Assembly: GCA_964016885.1 (NCBI GenBank)
Contig: OZ024740.1
Coordinates: 139,562,001-139,626,000, forward strand
Reading direction: 5' to 3'
DNA from: Eledone cirrhosa
Lineage: Eukaryota
Length of the DNA stretch: 64,000 nucleotides
The notes beneath the pieces were generated by a model. It was not told the DNA's origin. It worked only from the letters and a program-made list of their open reading frames with translations, and ran no database searches. A program made the position numbers and the translations under genes. Below are positions 45,872-62,495 of the stretch, piece by piece. Position 1 is the first letter of the stretch. Each line of letters starts with the position of its first letter.

Positions 45872-45930
45872 AACATTAAAACATTATTTCGGTATTGAGT
45901 ACTCTTTTCTCTCAGCCGAGAACCTCATAC

Positions 45931-45968
<38 letters not shown>

Positions 45969-46120
45969 GTATATATATATATATTAGAAAGTGAGGGTTT
46001 TTTTACAAATTGAAAAATAACCGAGGTGTCCTACACGAGTGAAAGTATAAAGAAAATAAGATGAAATCGAAAATGCAACTGGAGTCTTATTTTCTTTTAA
46101 ATATATATATTCATTTGGTT

Positions 46121-46173
<53 letters not shown>

Positions 46174-46472
46174 GCGGTGGCAAACCCCTCGTCTGGGATA
46201 CTACTTGCACCGACACTTTCTGCAGCCGCAACCTGGTGCAGTCTGCGAATAACCCAGGTTCTGCTGCACGTCGGGCTGAGGAGGCCAAACTCCTCAAATA
46301 TATATATATATAACGGATTACATCCGTTAGCATATATATATATAGCGAGAGAGAATAAGGAAAAGCGAAGCAGTTTCAGATGTTCTAGTCCTTTAATAAT
46401 AATGCTCTAGTATGTATATATAAACATACTACTGTAGGTCTGTATACATATATGTATGTACGTATACATACT

Positions 46473-47145
<673 letters not shown>

Positions 47146-47274
47146 TTTAAGTAACAGCCGTACTAAGAGTGAGAAATGAAATTTCGTTTCATTTTTTCCA
47201 TTTATATATATATATATGCTAACGGATGCAATCCGTTGTAATATATATATATATATATATCTGTATATATATAT

Positions 47275-47311
<37 letters not shown>

Positions 47312-47312
<1 letters not shown>

Positions 47313-48128
47313 CTGTATATATATAAAATTAAGCATGTGTTTGTGTGTCTGTGTGTCTGGGTATTACCTATAGGGGCCTACATCTTACTACCGATTTTCA
47401 TGAAACTTTACAGGCTCATATATTAGTTATCGGTGAGTGTTTTCTATATATCAGCATATCGTTTTTTTTTTATTCCGGGGTCATTCTGCAGATAAAAACG
47501 ATAGAGGGTCACCTTTTTTTAGGTATCGAAAAATAAGATTTTAGGCTCTAGCTCCCACATTTTGCCACCGATTTCGTTCAAATTTTAAAGGAAAATAGAA
47601 TTTATCATTGCACATCCTGTAATGGCTTTATATTTTGCATTTGTTGTTCAGGGACGGCGTTGCAGCCGCTTAAATATTTAAAAATACCACTTTTAGACTC
47701 AAATTTCCACTTTTTCGGCTTTAGCTCCCACATTAATCAACCTACTTAGTTCAAATTTTACACTACGCTAGATCTGATTATTTCAGGTCTTAAAGTGGCT
47801 TTACATTTTGGACTTTTTGTTCAGGAACGGCATGGCAGCCGCTTAAATATTCGAAAATACCATCTTTTCGCTCAAATTTCCGCCTTTTCAGGTCTAGCTC
47901 CCACATTTTACAACCGATTTCGTTCAAATTCGCAACTTCGGCTCCCCCAGCATGCCCACTTCGTCAGTCACCCGCGTTTCTCAGTGATATAGGTCATCAC
48001 CACCCTCCCCAGCATGGCTTGTGTGTGGCCATAGATGAGTCATCGAGAAGCAGTCGCTGAGATCAACACCTTTTCATCAAAGCAGATATTATTTTACCTA
48101 CCCAGGCAACGCTGGGTACTGCTGCTAG
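47312..48128 (+). mobile_element. Non-autonomous Helitron with internal tandem repeats
   Basis: A|TC start, 3' hairpin acccaggcaacgctgggt, CTAG|T end. Internal repeat tagctcccacatt...ttcaaatt occurs three times. Confidence 0.75.
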
Positions 48129-48233
48129 TATATTAATAAAATAACAATGAATAACCAGTTAAGAATTACATGATTTTACTCTACGAATGTTTTAATGTAG
48201 GTGGGCGGGCCACGCCTCAATGAATATATAACT

Positions 48234-48316
<83 letters not shown>

Positions 48317-48354
48317 GATGTATATATATATATCACAAACACACACACACACGC

Positions 48355-50762
48355 ACAACACATAACCTCACTAAATCTCAACTCACCACTCTCTCCAACC
48401 TAAAATCGAAGAACCTCATCTATCTCTCCTCCGACAAGGGAAAAGAATTCTGCGTCATCAGCAGAGAGGCCTACAACACCCTGGCCCACCAACACCTTGA
48501 CGATGACAACCTCTACTCCAAGGTCACGGGAATCACTCCCGCGCAGATAGAAGAGCACACCAACGCCGCCTGGACCAACATCTGCGACCGGCGGAAGCTC
48601 CCGAAGAAGCTGAGATACAACCTCCTCACGAGGAACAGCAGACTACCCACCTTCTACCACCTCGTGAAAACGCACAAACAGGGACCCGACCTGACGATCA
48701 GGCCCATTGTATCGAGCGTGGAGGGACCACTCTACAAAATTTCATGGCTCCTAGCCAGAATACTCAAACCCATCTTAGACACCTTGCCGGGACACGTTAA
48801 CAGCTCCGAGGAGGTGTTGAAGCGCCTGCATCAAATGGATCCCGACACCAGAAGGAATAACAGATATGCCTTCAGCCTTGATGTAGTCGCTCTCTACACC
48901 TCGGTCCCAGCACTCCCGGCCGTCAATATACTGATGGAACGCGTCCAATCCACCAACCTACACTGCTTCGGGCTCACCACCACTGACATCCACCAACTCC
49001 TATCCATCGTCGTCGACAACACCTACTTCGGATTCCTTGACCAAACATACCAACAAATCTCGGGATTGCCCATGGGGTCAAGCCTGTCGGGTGTGCTAGC
49101 GATCTCTTACATGGACAACCTCGAGAGCAAGGCACTCAACGCCTGCCACCCCAACGCCGTCGCCTTTTTCTCAAGGTACGTGGACGATATCCTCATCCTC
49201 ACATCTTCCCAAGACACAGCGAACAGAATCTATGAGACGTTCAACAACACGGACGAGAACATTGACTTCAGTGTTGAACACCCCAACGAAGACGGGTCAC
49301 TTGCCCTCCTCGACTTCCGAATCAACATCACGGAACAGGGAAGGATCCACTGCAACTTCTACCGAAAGGCAGCCTGCAGGGACCTGTTCGTTCACTACAA
49401 GTCCGCCCTCCCTAACAGTGCCAAAAGAGGATACATCACGAACGAGATCGCACGAATCAAAAACAGATGCAGCAATCCCGCGAGTGGTGTCACTCATACC
49501 AAGCGATTCCTCGAGGTGCTGGAAACGAACGGGTACCCTACCTCGCTCACAGGCAAAGTAGGAGACACCAGACACAAGAGATAGAGAGGCACCCAAGGCA
49601 AGTGCTTCCTTAAAATGCCACACCTGGGCGAGAATACCATCAACGCTATCCGCAAGGCTATACGGAGGGAGGGCCTCGACATCCACCTGGCCCACTCGGG
49701 CCCCTCCCTGCGAAGATGCCTCTCCAGGAAACCCGGGAAATCTACTGACGCGTGCTCCCTCAGAGACTGCCCGATACGCCATGCGAACTGTTGCCTACGC
49801 ACATACGTCGTGTATAAGATAGAATGTGACAGGTGCAACCAATACTATATAGGTAGCACAATCCGACCTTTGCACATCCGGATCAAGGAACATACTAAAA
49901 CCAGGGCCTCGTCTTTCCGGAAACACAGACAAATGCGGAAACAAAGACGGAAGGCGATTGTCACAATTCTAGCGACTGAAAGAAACGTCGGCACGTTACG
50001 TATCAAGGAAGCGCTTTTTATCAAACGCCTGGCACCGCAAATAAACAATCGATCCGAGAGAAGCGAAATGAAGTGGCTGGTTTAAGTTAACAAATGATGC
50101 AGCAACACACTCACATACACACACAAACGAGACAACTACACACGCACACGCACACACACAGTAGCATTCCACCATACGAACATACTACACTGCCAATACA
50201 GAGGAACAAGGCAACAACACACGCACACACACACTCAAGCGAGACAACAACACACGCACACACGCACACAGTAACATTTAACAAACAGGCAGCGAATGGA
50301 CTGACAGCTAGCGCCACTCCACTCCCTCATTCGGCCGCTGACCTCTGCCCGACCGACGCCATTCCACGCGCACGCGCGCTCTGCTGAATACCTCAGATAT
50401 TCAAAACAACAAACAGCGGAGGACGCGTTTCGCACCTTTCCGACAGACAACCTATCCCACACCCCGGAAAAAACCCCAGTTGATGGATGTGAATCCGAAA
50501 TATATAGGGACAATTAAATCTCTCCCAAGGTAACTCTCTCTCGTGTTGTTATTTTAATTTTATCCTTTATACTCTTTACTTCATTCCTCTACACGTCTTA
50601 TACACACCACGCATCTCAACGTACACCCACTTACATCTCTCTCTCTCCACCACCGGATCTTGTTACCCGGAGATTTACCCATTTGCATTGTCGAGGCTTC
50701 CAAACGACTTAAAGATATTTAACTATTATTCCACAACGCTTCAAGCAAACTTCAATACTCTC
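48355..50762 (+). mobile_element. Penelope-like element (RT + C-terminal GIY-YIG), 5'-truncated, with long 3' non-coding region
   Basis: Motifs DKG, KTHK, RPIVS, SLDVVALYTSVP, GLPMGS, RYVDD, YRK; Cys-rich linker; VVYKIECDRCNQYYIGST..L..RIKEH...EALFI. Ends in (TA)n. Confidence 0.92.
48361..50085 (+). pseudogene. Penelope-like RT-GIY-YIG ORF with one in-frame TAG (49582-49584)
   Basis: Track ORFs 48664-49584 and 49615-50085 are in the same frame, which is open upstream to at least 48361. Confidence 0.88.
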
Positions 50763-51843
50763 ATATATATATATATATATATATATCGTTTCTGAATTTG
50801 TTTAGCAAGATTCTTTATCTGAAAACGTGTGTTGAAACCGATATTGTTATACTTTGGGATACTTTGACAATATATGAACAATCGTCTGGTTGTGGAACCA
50901 ACCAACCAACCAACCGGAAATGTATAAATTCCTAAATTTATGAATTTAATTTATAATAAATTGAAGTGAAAGCAACTGGTGCGTGTGTTTCTTATTGGCA
51001 ACATGACCCTCCCAAAGTATAACAATATATATATATAAACAAATTAAGATAACAGACAGAAATTCTTATATTTTTTAATATTTACAATAGTTTCAACATG
51101 GGAATTGTAAGTAGAAAGAAACAGTAACGGGTTTTAAAAGAGTTGGTGGTAGCGCCTAAATAAAAGAGTTTGAATTTAAAATATATACAGTGCATTTATA
51201 TACTATATCTTTCTTAGGGCAATGGCCATTTATAGAGAGCTATCAGGAATTGTACAGTTACATTCAGAAGGTAAAGTTAGGTATGTTATTATATGGTATG
51301 TAGTTAGAATTCAAATTTCTATTTGCTAGTTTATTACTACGATTAATATTTTTGGTAAAATTAAAGTTAGTGTTTTTAGTGTGGATAGACCAGTTTAGTT
51401 TTGAGATTATCAGTGTTTAATCTTCTGTGGAATACAAACATATTTTAACAAACACTAGCGTTAAGTATAAATATCATTCCTCTTGATTGCATAATTATAA
51501 TTATTATATTGTCATTACTTTTATTATTATTATTATGGATTATATTTTGCCTAGTTGTGCGTTTAAAGAAAAAAAACTTGAAAAGATGAAATGATTTTAA
51601 AACTTCTGTCATCTTAATTTCTTTTATATGTTCTCAGCACCTTTCCTCTTCCGTCTTATTATTCTCCTCATTATAATTCTATATGTACATATTGAGATTA
51701 TGTGGGTGTGCATGTATGTATGTGTATATGAATCTACATATGCATACTCTCACAAGGTATTGGTCAGCCTGAAGTTATGGTAGAAGACATTCTGGCCAAA
51801 GTAACTCGCAAGTGCGACTGAACCAATATATGTGTGTGTGTAT

Positions 51844-51888
<45 letters not shown>

Positions 51889-51903
51889 CGCGCGCACACA
51901 CAT

Positions 51904-52186
<283 letters not shown>

Positions 52187-52224
52187 TATATATATATATA
52201 TATTACATATCTAAGTCTAAAGTC

Positions 52225-52470
52225 TGTCTTAAGCCAGAAATCTCATTTGGCCGGTGCATGTCCCGGTTTCAGGACGAGAAGCGACTGAGAGTACAATACT
52301 CCCCACTGGACAGGACGCCGGTCCATCGCAGGGTTAAACCCCCAGCTATTGCTGGTACTCATTTTCAGCTGAGTATACTGGAGCAGCGTGAAATGAAGTG
52401 TTTTGCTCAAGAACACAACACGCAACCCAGTAATCGAACCCACGACATTATGATGGTAAGTCCAATACAA
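52225..52470 (-). mobile_element. tRNA-derived SINE of a second family (Nin/Deu-domain-like)
   Basis: Reverse complement has gttgtgttcttgagcaaaacacttcatttcacgctgctccagtatactcagctgaaaatgagtacc. Related copy at ~60010-60220. Confidence 0.65.
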
Positions 52471-52564
52471 TTACCACATTTACACATATATGTGGTACAT
52501 ATATACTTATATATATATAAATACATACACGCACACACACACATACATACACATACATACACAT

Positions 52565-52607
<43 letters not shown>

Positions 52608-52738
52608 AGAAAGTACGTCCATAGAATCATTTGATAAGATATATACAGTATTACCTCTCCCAATCAGCATAATCAACCACACGAAATATATATATCTATG
52701 GCTCTGTCTAGTTTATGTATATGTAAATCTATATATTT

Positions 52739-52852
<114 letters not shown>

Positions 52853-53112
52853 TGTGAATATGTATATATATATATATATATAAACATTACTCCGGAGTAA
52901 ACAGACCAACCTGCACAATTCGTGCTCCAACCTAAACACACTCAAAATTATATACATATGTATATAGATGTGTGTGTGATAATATAATATATTAATGTAT
53001 TACATTGAATGCCTTGGCTTTTATGAATAATGTCATCCTATATACATGATATACATTTTATTATACGCATACATACATACACATATATATACATACATAC
53101 ACACACACACAT

Positions 53113-53226
<114 letters not shown>

Positions 53227-53751
53227 ATAATAATAAAATTGAAGACTAAAATCCAAAGAGGGCTCGATAATACCTCTGTATTGTATTTATTTACTTTGTT
53301 CTTAACTCTGTAGCGGAGATTCATTCGGTCTCCTAGTTAGAATTTTAGTCTACGACTTCTGCTATACCATTTACGTGGTTTTGTCTTTGCGTGCTATTGT
53401 TCTCCACGCTCCACATATGAGTTATTATCTTCGTTTTTTTGTTCATTGCCAGAGAACGTCTCTATGCACCACCTAAGAGAACATTAGTTTACGACCTCTT
53501 TTATACCATAAACGTGGTTTTGTCTTTGCGCGTAATTGTTTTTCACCGCTCCTATTAATGACGTATTATTCGTTTTTTCCCGTTCTTTGCCAGCGAACGT
53601 TACCACGAACCAAAGTATCGTCTTCCTGTCTTCCTCCGGTTGCAACGTTTTTTGAAATATCCAGTTCTGCGTTTACAGATTGACTTTGTTTGTTTCAGAA
53701 GATCCCGTTAAGGGTGAAAGCAGCGATTCTTTATATATATATGGTCATATA

Positions 53752-54259
53752 CTGTCTCATGGTCGGGTCGTTGGACATCCTGCAGGACTAAAAATAAAAC
53801 CTGTCAAAGGGCAAAGGAGCTCTTAAGAGTCAATGGCAATCCAAAATCACCGGGAGAGATGACCCCTTAGCCTTTGTTAAGGCAGAATTCTAGGAGAAGG
53901 AAAACTCTGATATAACACCTGCAACCCTGATGGTATCCAATGATGTTGACTTTCTTCTTCTTTTTGGTAAATATCATCTTGGTTAAGAGAGTGAGACTGG
54001 CTTTGTGCAGTGCCTTTGCTCACTATAAAAGCTTCACGGCACAGGCATTGCTTTATATCTGGAGATCTCTCTGCACTTGTCGTCACATGGTACCATGGGC
54101 CCAGCACTATGTGTCAATAATTGTCACAAGTGTAGTGTTTGTACCAGAGTTTTCAAGTCGCTGGCTGGACTAAAAAGTTACACTCGTTCAGCGCATTGGT
54201 AGGAGTTCTCCTACATGGATATAAAGTAGTGGCCGTACTCGAAAACGAGTTGGCAGCCA

Positions 54260-54262
<3 letters not shown>
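53752..54262 (+). mobile_element. Non-autonomous RTE-derived element, copy 4 (internal deletion near 5' end)
   Basis: High identity to 33597-34205. Confidence 0.75.
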
Positions 54263-54292
<30 letters not shown>

Positions 54293-54294
<2 letters not shown>

Positions 54295-54349
54295 AACGAG
54301 TAGAACCCCGACGGCTGAGCTCAAGCCGTTTCGACGGCTAATTCTGGAC

Positions 54350-54417
<68 letters not shown>

Positions 54418-54596
54418 TACATGGCAACCACCATATATATATATATATACATACATAGTCCAGAATTAGCCGTCAAAACGGCTTGAGCTCACCCGTCAGG
54501 GTCCTACTCATTCCTATTACCCACTCTACTACCCTAAGTATTGAGTACTTTGGTACGTTATGGTCCATCTGGGGTTCCTTACCACATTTCCTTCGT

Positions 54597-54597
<1 letters not shown>
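54293..54597. mobile_element. (TA)n-inserted small family G, two inverted pieces
   Basis: gtccagaa.tagccgtcgaaacggcttgagctc...gtattgagtactttgg also occurs at 59160-59300 and 61600-61785. Confidence 0.7.
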
Positions 54598-54631
<34 letters not shown>

Positions 54632-54675
54632 CATACATACACACATATATATATATATATACATACATACATATA

Positions 54676-54745
<70 letters not shown>

Positions 54746-55557
54746 TATATAAATGTGGCGGCGGAAAAGTTTGTGTGCGTTCACCATAGAACAATGGTTG
54801 TACTGAGCACAATTAATAATTCACAGCCGTATAGAGATTCTTTCTTCAAATACTTGTGTGAGAATATGTCTGTTATTGTCTGTGTTAATATATGGATATT
54901 TGTGAGAGCACATGTGTGCAAGCTCACGCGTGTTTCTGCATGTGTTGCATAATTGTGTATAAGTGTGCCTATGAATTGCAGGGATGTGTGCAGATATGTT
55001 CATGTGGTTTATACGTTATGAAAGAACACGCACACATAGCTACATGAACTAGAAAAAAAAGTCGTCCAAAGGACGGTATCCAAACTTTCACATACTTACA
55101 AAGACGATAAAATTACAATAAACGTGTATCTATTACGACATAAATATTTTATATACGTGCAATAAATACAGTCAACTCTCGATTTAACGGACTAATAGAA
55201 GGAATGGGGGGGGGGTATAATTAACGTCCGTTAAATTGAAGGTGACATAGTGGCGCCTTTATTGACTTTATATGTGCAAAAAAATTCTATTAAAATATAC
55301 ACAAATACCTGACATAAAATTGTTGAATTATACTAAATTTCAATTGTGACTGTTTAGTTGAAGTGTTATGGTTATAGTACTATGTTATATTATCATTTAA
55401 TCCGTAGATATATATGTGTATGTGAGTGTGTATGTGAGTGTGTATGTGTGTGTGTTGAGCCACGAGAAGAAATCAGATCAAATAAAAAGAAATATATATA
55501 TATATATATGTGTGTATGTGTGTGTGTGTCTGTGTCTGTGTGTGCGTGTGTGTTTCC

Positions 55558-55604
<47 letters not shown>

Positions 55605-55646
55605 GAGCGGGGGTGGAGTCTGTGGTACGATACGAGGACCAAGAAG

Positions 55647-55678
<32 letters not shown>

Positions 55679-55765
55679 ATATAATATAATATAATATACT
55701 CATCAAACACATGCTTTCATGTTTTGTTTTCATATATGAAACTTGTTAAATAACATATATGTATC

Positions 55766-55889
<124 letters not shown>

Positions 55890-56044
55890 CATAAATATAT
55901 ATTTAATATAGAAATGGCTTCTACATGAATAGAACAATTCATTCGAAGGAAATCATCAGCTATATGTTGAGTACCTTACTTACTGGTTACCCCAGATACA
56001 CACACGCGCACACATACACACACATACACACACACACACACACA

Positions 56045-56123
<79 letters not shown>

Positions 56124-56289
56124 CGGGAAGGAAAACAGAGAGGCAGTACAAACAAAGGTTTATTAGTTTCACGCTCTCGTGTATATATTTACATGCATAT
56201 ATACATATAAATATGTATTGAGTACTCTTTTTTCTCATCCGTCAACTACATGCGGTTGTTTATATATAAATATATATGTAAGTATATAA

Positions 56290-56438
<149 letters not shown>

Positions 56439-56479
56439 CATACGTATATATATATGTACCTGTATATATATATATATAT

Positions 56480-57055
56480 AACCTTGATAACTTTGATACG
56501 TTTTGGCTAGTATAGGCCCAGGCCATGTCTAACTTAATAGTACCACCTGGCGAAGTCTTACAAATCAGTGTTTGGGCACCATGGCCCACTCGAGCATAGA
56601 GTTATTGTTTACGGAGGCATATCCGAGTGTAGGAGCCTTATCCGGGATTTCTTGAAGGAATTTATCCAAAGACTTCTTGAACTTTGATGTGTTTTGGTGT
56701 AATGTTAAAGAGAGCAGGGCCAATTAAGGTGAAATAATTGTGCCGTATTGTTGTTATGACATGCGAGTGAGATTTTTGTCGTGTGCGAATAGCAGGGGGC
56801 CCAAGCCTTCGGTGTACATTAAAGGTGATGCCAACATCATTTGGGCAAAGCTGATGGAATATTTTCCACATCATGCAGATAATGTAGCACCCACGGCGAC
56901 GTTGAAGAGAATAAAGGTTGAGCTTTTCTAATCGACACCAATAGTCAAGGCCTGTCATGCCATCTATTTTTTTTTAATTGACCTTTGGGTGCTTCAACTT
57001 TCATGATACTTTATTTCGTGTGGGGTGACCACAGTGGACAACAGTATTCAAGGTT
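56480..57055 (-). mobile_element. CR1-clade LINE 3' fragment
   Basis: LEYCCPLWSPH...GMTGLDYWCRLEKLNLYSLQRRR. Confidence 0.8.
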
Positions 57056-57147
57056 AGGATATATAGATATATATAGTAATAATAATAAATTTGAAGACTA
57101 AAATCCAAAGAGGGCTCGATAAGGATAAATATATATCAATATAATAA

Positions 57148-57199
<52 letters not shown>

Positions 57200-58827
57200 G
57201 CATATATACATATATACATACACACAAACGTAGATATATATAAATACGTATGTGTGTGTATGTAAGTGTTGTGAGTGTGTGTTTATACGTGTATATGTAT
57301 ACGAGTGTATGTGTTTAAACTATAATTTTGTACAGTATAATCTGAAACAAGCTGTTTTGCACATCTGCTTTGCACATCTGTGTATATTGATACAAGGCAC
57401 CTGTATACATTTGTATATAATGAAAGATGACACTGAAAGAAGACACGAATATATATCTATCTAATGACTCAAGATGTGGACCGACAAATTTACGTCCTGA
57501 AATAAAAACCACGTGTACATAAAAGTGTACAGGTGTACATTACTGTGGCGGATTAAGTCATGAGCGAGAACCACTGGGCTGCAGCCAGGAAACACACAAT
57601 GGTTAAAGGGCCAAATTTACTGTATTGATATTAGGCTATGGCCCCGATGAAATATTCAGCAAGCGGCTTCATTTTTAACAAAGAAAGTAAGATGGAGTGC
57701 CTATAACAAAGCTCCGAATCAGTTCTTTATTCTAATCTTCTGATGAGGGATTTTATTCCCGAAATATTAGGTGAGATAAATAAAAACGCAGGTAACGCAT
57801 TAACATCTTCGTTGCCTTTAATTTTTCCAAGTCTACCATGCGTTTCGTATTGCCGTAGCCTTCGAATAACATACTACTTTATACGCTAACACAATACATC
57901 AAGCAAACTACAACTACCTAATACCTCATCATTCTTATTTAATTAATTGAGATAGAACCCATTTCAGTAGAAATATTGTTACGAAAATATAGGAAACATT
58001 GCTTAACTTAAGTTTCTAATATAACATACATGAAGAAGAAAAAAACACGTTTGGTCATAGAAGGAACACCTTAACTATTTGTATTGAGTATTTTGATTCA
58101 GTTCGTGTAATCAGTTATTATATAAAACGTATAAACACGAAGTCATACTCGCTCAAACGCACATACACACATACATAGACACACATAGATAGATAGAGAG
58201 ACAAACAGACAGACGGACAGCTAGACAGACAGACATGCAGACATACAAACAGATAGATAAAGATAAACAAACAGACATACAGACGGACAGATAGATAGAC
58301 AGAAAAACAAATAGACAGATAGACAGACAAATAGACATACATACAGACAGACAGACAGACAGGCATACAGACAGACAGATATACAGACAGAGAGACAGCA
58401 GACAGACGAGCCGAATACATTCATACATATGAGCATACATACATACAAACACACGCATATAATCATACAATACATACATAGAGACAGACAGATATGCACA
58501 CATACATATTCATACATACACTTATATATATATATATATATATATGCACCCACATTCATCACATGCAGATCACACAGGCACACAAATAAACAATACACAT
58601 AAAAACACTAAAACACGATATGCAGTAAACAAACATTACAAGAAGCAAAAAATAAAAAATAAAAGTTTTAAGACGGTGTTGATTTTTATGAATGAAAAGC
58701 CATGTTTTCAAACAGCCCAAATACCGGTGCTATGTTTATAAATAGAGTCGTGTATTGAAGTTGATACATGTTAAATAGATTGAAATAACTGTTGTCACAC
58801 ACAGAGGCACACCCACACGTATACACT

Positions 58828-58874
<47 letters not shown>

Positions 58875-59074
58875 ATACTTTGGGAGGGTCATGTTGCCAA
58901 TATATATAAAATTATATATATATATATGTAAGTATATATATATATATATATAAATGTATATATATATATAAATGTATATATATATGTAAGTATATATATA
59001 CATATATATATATTATATATATATATGTGTGTGTGTATATATATATTATATTATATATATACATATATATGTAA

Positions 59075-59148
<74 letters not shown>

Positions 59149-59437
59149 AAGTATGACCCATGAGTCCAGAAATAGCCGTCGAAACGGCTTGAGCTCTGCC
59201 GTCGGGGTCATACTTGTTCCTATTACCCACTCTACTACACTAAGTATTGAGTACTTTGGTGCGTTATGGTCCATCTGGTTCCTTACCACAATTACTTCGT
59301 TATATATATATGATCTGACTAAGGACAGACAATTGTTCTCGGAAATTGTGAAATGACTGTTGTTGAACTACTTCTACCAAACTCGTCCCATGGACTGAGT
59401 GCTCTACTACTACGGATATAACCCTCCAGTGTTCCAC

Positions 59438-59526
<89 letters not shown>

Positions 59527-59970
59527 AGAGAGAGTGTGTGTGTGTGTTTATGTGTTTGTTTTGCAAGATTATAGATGTGATATCGTGTGTTGAAACAGAT
59601 ATTGTTAAATTTCTAGACGGTAGTTTTGCCAATTCTGTCAATAAGAACACGCCCTCTATTTGATTTCCACTTCAGCTTTATTATTAGATGTCAGTTAGTT
59701 GCTCAAATCTATTTCGTCAAATTCTGTGACCACCTCAATAACCAATAATAAAGCTGATTTTAAAATCGAATATTTCGTGTGCTTTTATTGGCGAAATTGG
59801 CAAAATGACTCTCCCCAGATATATCAATAATGTATATATATATAATTTTTAGTTTTGAGTATGTGTTGGTTGTTTACCGACACTTCAGTATGCAGGGTAT
59901 CACTGAAATATATATAGCAGCGAATATGAATAAACGAAGCTAATTTTACCCTGTTGACTTACACTTCTTG

Positions 59971-60010
<40 letters not shown>

Positions 60011-60313
60011 CTATGTGTGAAGGCTTAGTGGACAGGGCTTTGGGCTTGCAATCGGGTAACGCCTTGCGTCCTTGAGAAAGACATTGTATTTCAAGTTGTT
60101 CCAGTTCATTCAGCTCTAGAAATGAGTTGCAATCTCGTGCATACGAGTGGTAAGGCATAATATTCTGCCATGGTTGCACCACGGCCTAAAAGAAGCTATT
60201 GCAAATATGCATATGGGACCAAACTATCAGTGTGTGTATTAATGCCTTTCCCTTCCATATACTGTACCAATTGTGTTGTTATTTCTGTTTACCTTTTACA
60301 TACATACATACAT

Positions 60314-60350
<37 letters not shown>

Positions 60351-60411
60351 GGAAAAATTTGAACAGGAACAGAACAGAGAGGCAGTACAACGAATGTTTA
60401 TTCATTTCACG

Positions 60412-60602
<191 letters not shown>

Positions 60603-60831
60603 GTGTGTCCGTGTGTGTCCCCGTGTATATTTGCATGCTTGTATCCATATGTTTTCTTTTCTTTTATACTGTAACGTAGTGGTTTGGGAAATACAGGTTG
60701 ATAGAATATAACGAAAGAAGTACTCAGCTCATAACCCAGGAGGACTGCAAATGCAAACATACATATGTATGCATATATGTTTGCATATATAAATATATAT
60801 AGTTAATTTTAACCTGCTGACTTTATACTTC

Positions 60832-60867
<36 letters not shown>

Positions 60868-60915
60868 ATGAAGTATAAAGTCAGCAGGTTAAAATTAACT
60901 TGACTAATCATAATC

Positions 60916-60974
60916 GCTGTTATATATATTTCGCTGATTACCGTTATGCAACAGCTATGACCTCATCAGACAGC
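60916..60974 (-). ncRNA. Type I hammerhead ribozyme, family F6
   Basis: gctgt-CTGATGA-ggtcatagctgttgcataacggtaatcagc-GAAA-tatata-TA-acagc. Inverted truncated homologue at ~61068-61170. Confidence 0.72.
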
Positions 60975-61297
60975 TAGAATTTGAACAGAGAAAACAGTAA
61001 AAACATAAAGATGAAATAAATTATATGCTCCAGGTTGAATTTTGGTGTTGTTTCTTCAAGGCACCGTGGCATAGCTGTTCCATAACGGTTATCACCGAAA
61101 CATATATATGATAGCGTCTATGAATAAGCGAAGTTAATTTTAACCTGTTGACATATACTTCATGATTATAAATATACTCAGGATTAAACAGACCCGGCTG
61201 CGCACTTCGTCGACTGTTCTAACCTGTATACTGAAGTGTCGATGATCAACCGACACATACTCTAATTATATATATATACATACATATATATACGTAT

Positions 61298-61353
<56 letters not shown>

Positions 61354-61367
61354 GTATATACATACAT

Positions 61368-61491
<124 letters not shown>

Positions 61492-61495
61492 GTAT

Positions 61496-61567
<72 letters not shown>

Positions 61568-62119
61568 GTATATACATACATATATATATATATATATATA
61601 GAAGTGTGGTAAGGAACCAGGTGGACCATAACGCACCAGAGTACTCAATACTTTGGGTACTAGAGTGGGTAATAGGAAAATGAGCCCTTTCGACGGCTAT
61701 TTCTGGACTAGACGGCTATTTCCGTCCAGAAATAGCCGTCGGGACAGCTTGAGTCCTGCCGTCGGAGTCTTGAACATTTTCCTATATATATATATATATA
61801 TATAAAATTGCAGGTTTGAAGAATTATTATATAAAATATATCCAGTCTTTCCTCACTCTAGTCCGTAGAAAACAACTAGATAAATAATCATTTAAACGGA
61901 GCTATAAGTTTAAAACTATGAAGAAATAATAGACAAATAATACAGACTATTTTCCGCGAGGAACAGTCAGATAAAATTTACCCAGTCTTTCCTGTTAGCC
62001 CATAGAAATTAACTAGACAAATAATCAATTAAACAGAGCTAAGTCTAAAATATAAGTTAGAAGAAAAATGCATATAAACTTTACCAAAAATTCATATATA
62101 AATATATATATATATATAT

Positions 62120-62495
62120 ACAATATTAAATAAATGGAAAACTATATTTATAAAACCATATATATTTCATTATATATATTTCGGGGATATCATATTAACA
62201 ATATGCTATGCCTTCATCAGACAAAATACAATATAAACAGTTTTATAGATAAATATATTCGACATACCGTAATAAACATCAACATCATTTGAAGAGGTTC
62301 ACTCTAGCTAGAGTGAACCTCTTCAAATGAAGTTGATGTTTATTACGGTATGTCGAATATATTTATCTATAAAACTGTTTATATTGTATTTTGTCTGATG
62401 AAGGCATAGCATATTGTTAATATGATATCCCCGAAATATATATAATGAAATATATATGGTTTTATAAATATAGTTTTCCATTTATTTAATATTGT
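62120..62495. mobile_element. Spacerless ~375-bp palindrome of family F3 with two outward-facing hammerheads
   Basis: Centre ctctag|ctagag at 62307/62308. HHRs at 62163-62228 (-) and 62387-62452 (+): tattttgt-CTGATGA-...-GAAA-tatata-TA-atgaaata. Confidence 0.88.

Noticed and set aside
49582-49584. Programmed readthrough or selenocysteine in the Penelope ORF
   Set aside because: The codon is TAG, not TGA, and is seen in a single truncated copy; most simply a nonsense mutation.
57730-57780. CTGATGA-gggat..ttccc-GAAA hammerhead-like motif
   Set aside because: Stem I and the UH site cannot be satisfied together; at best a decayed copy.
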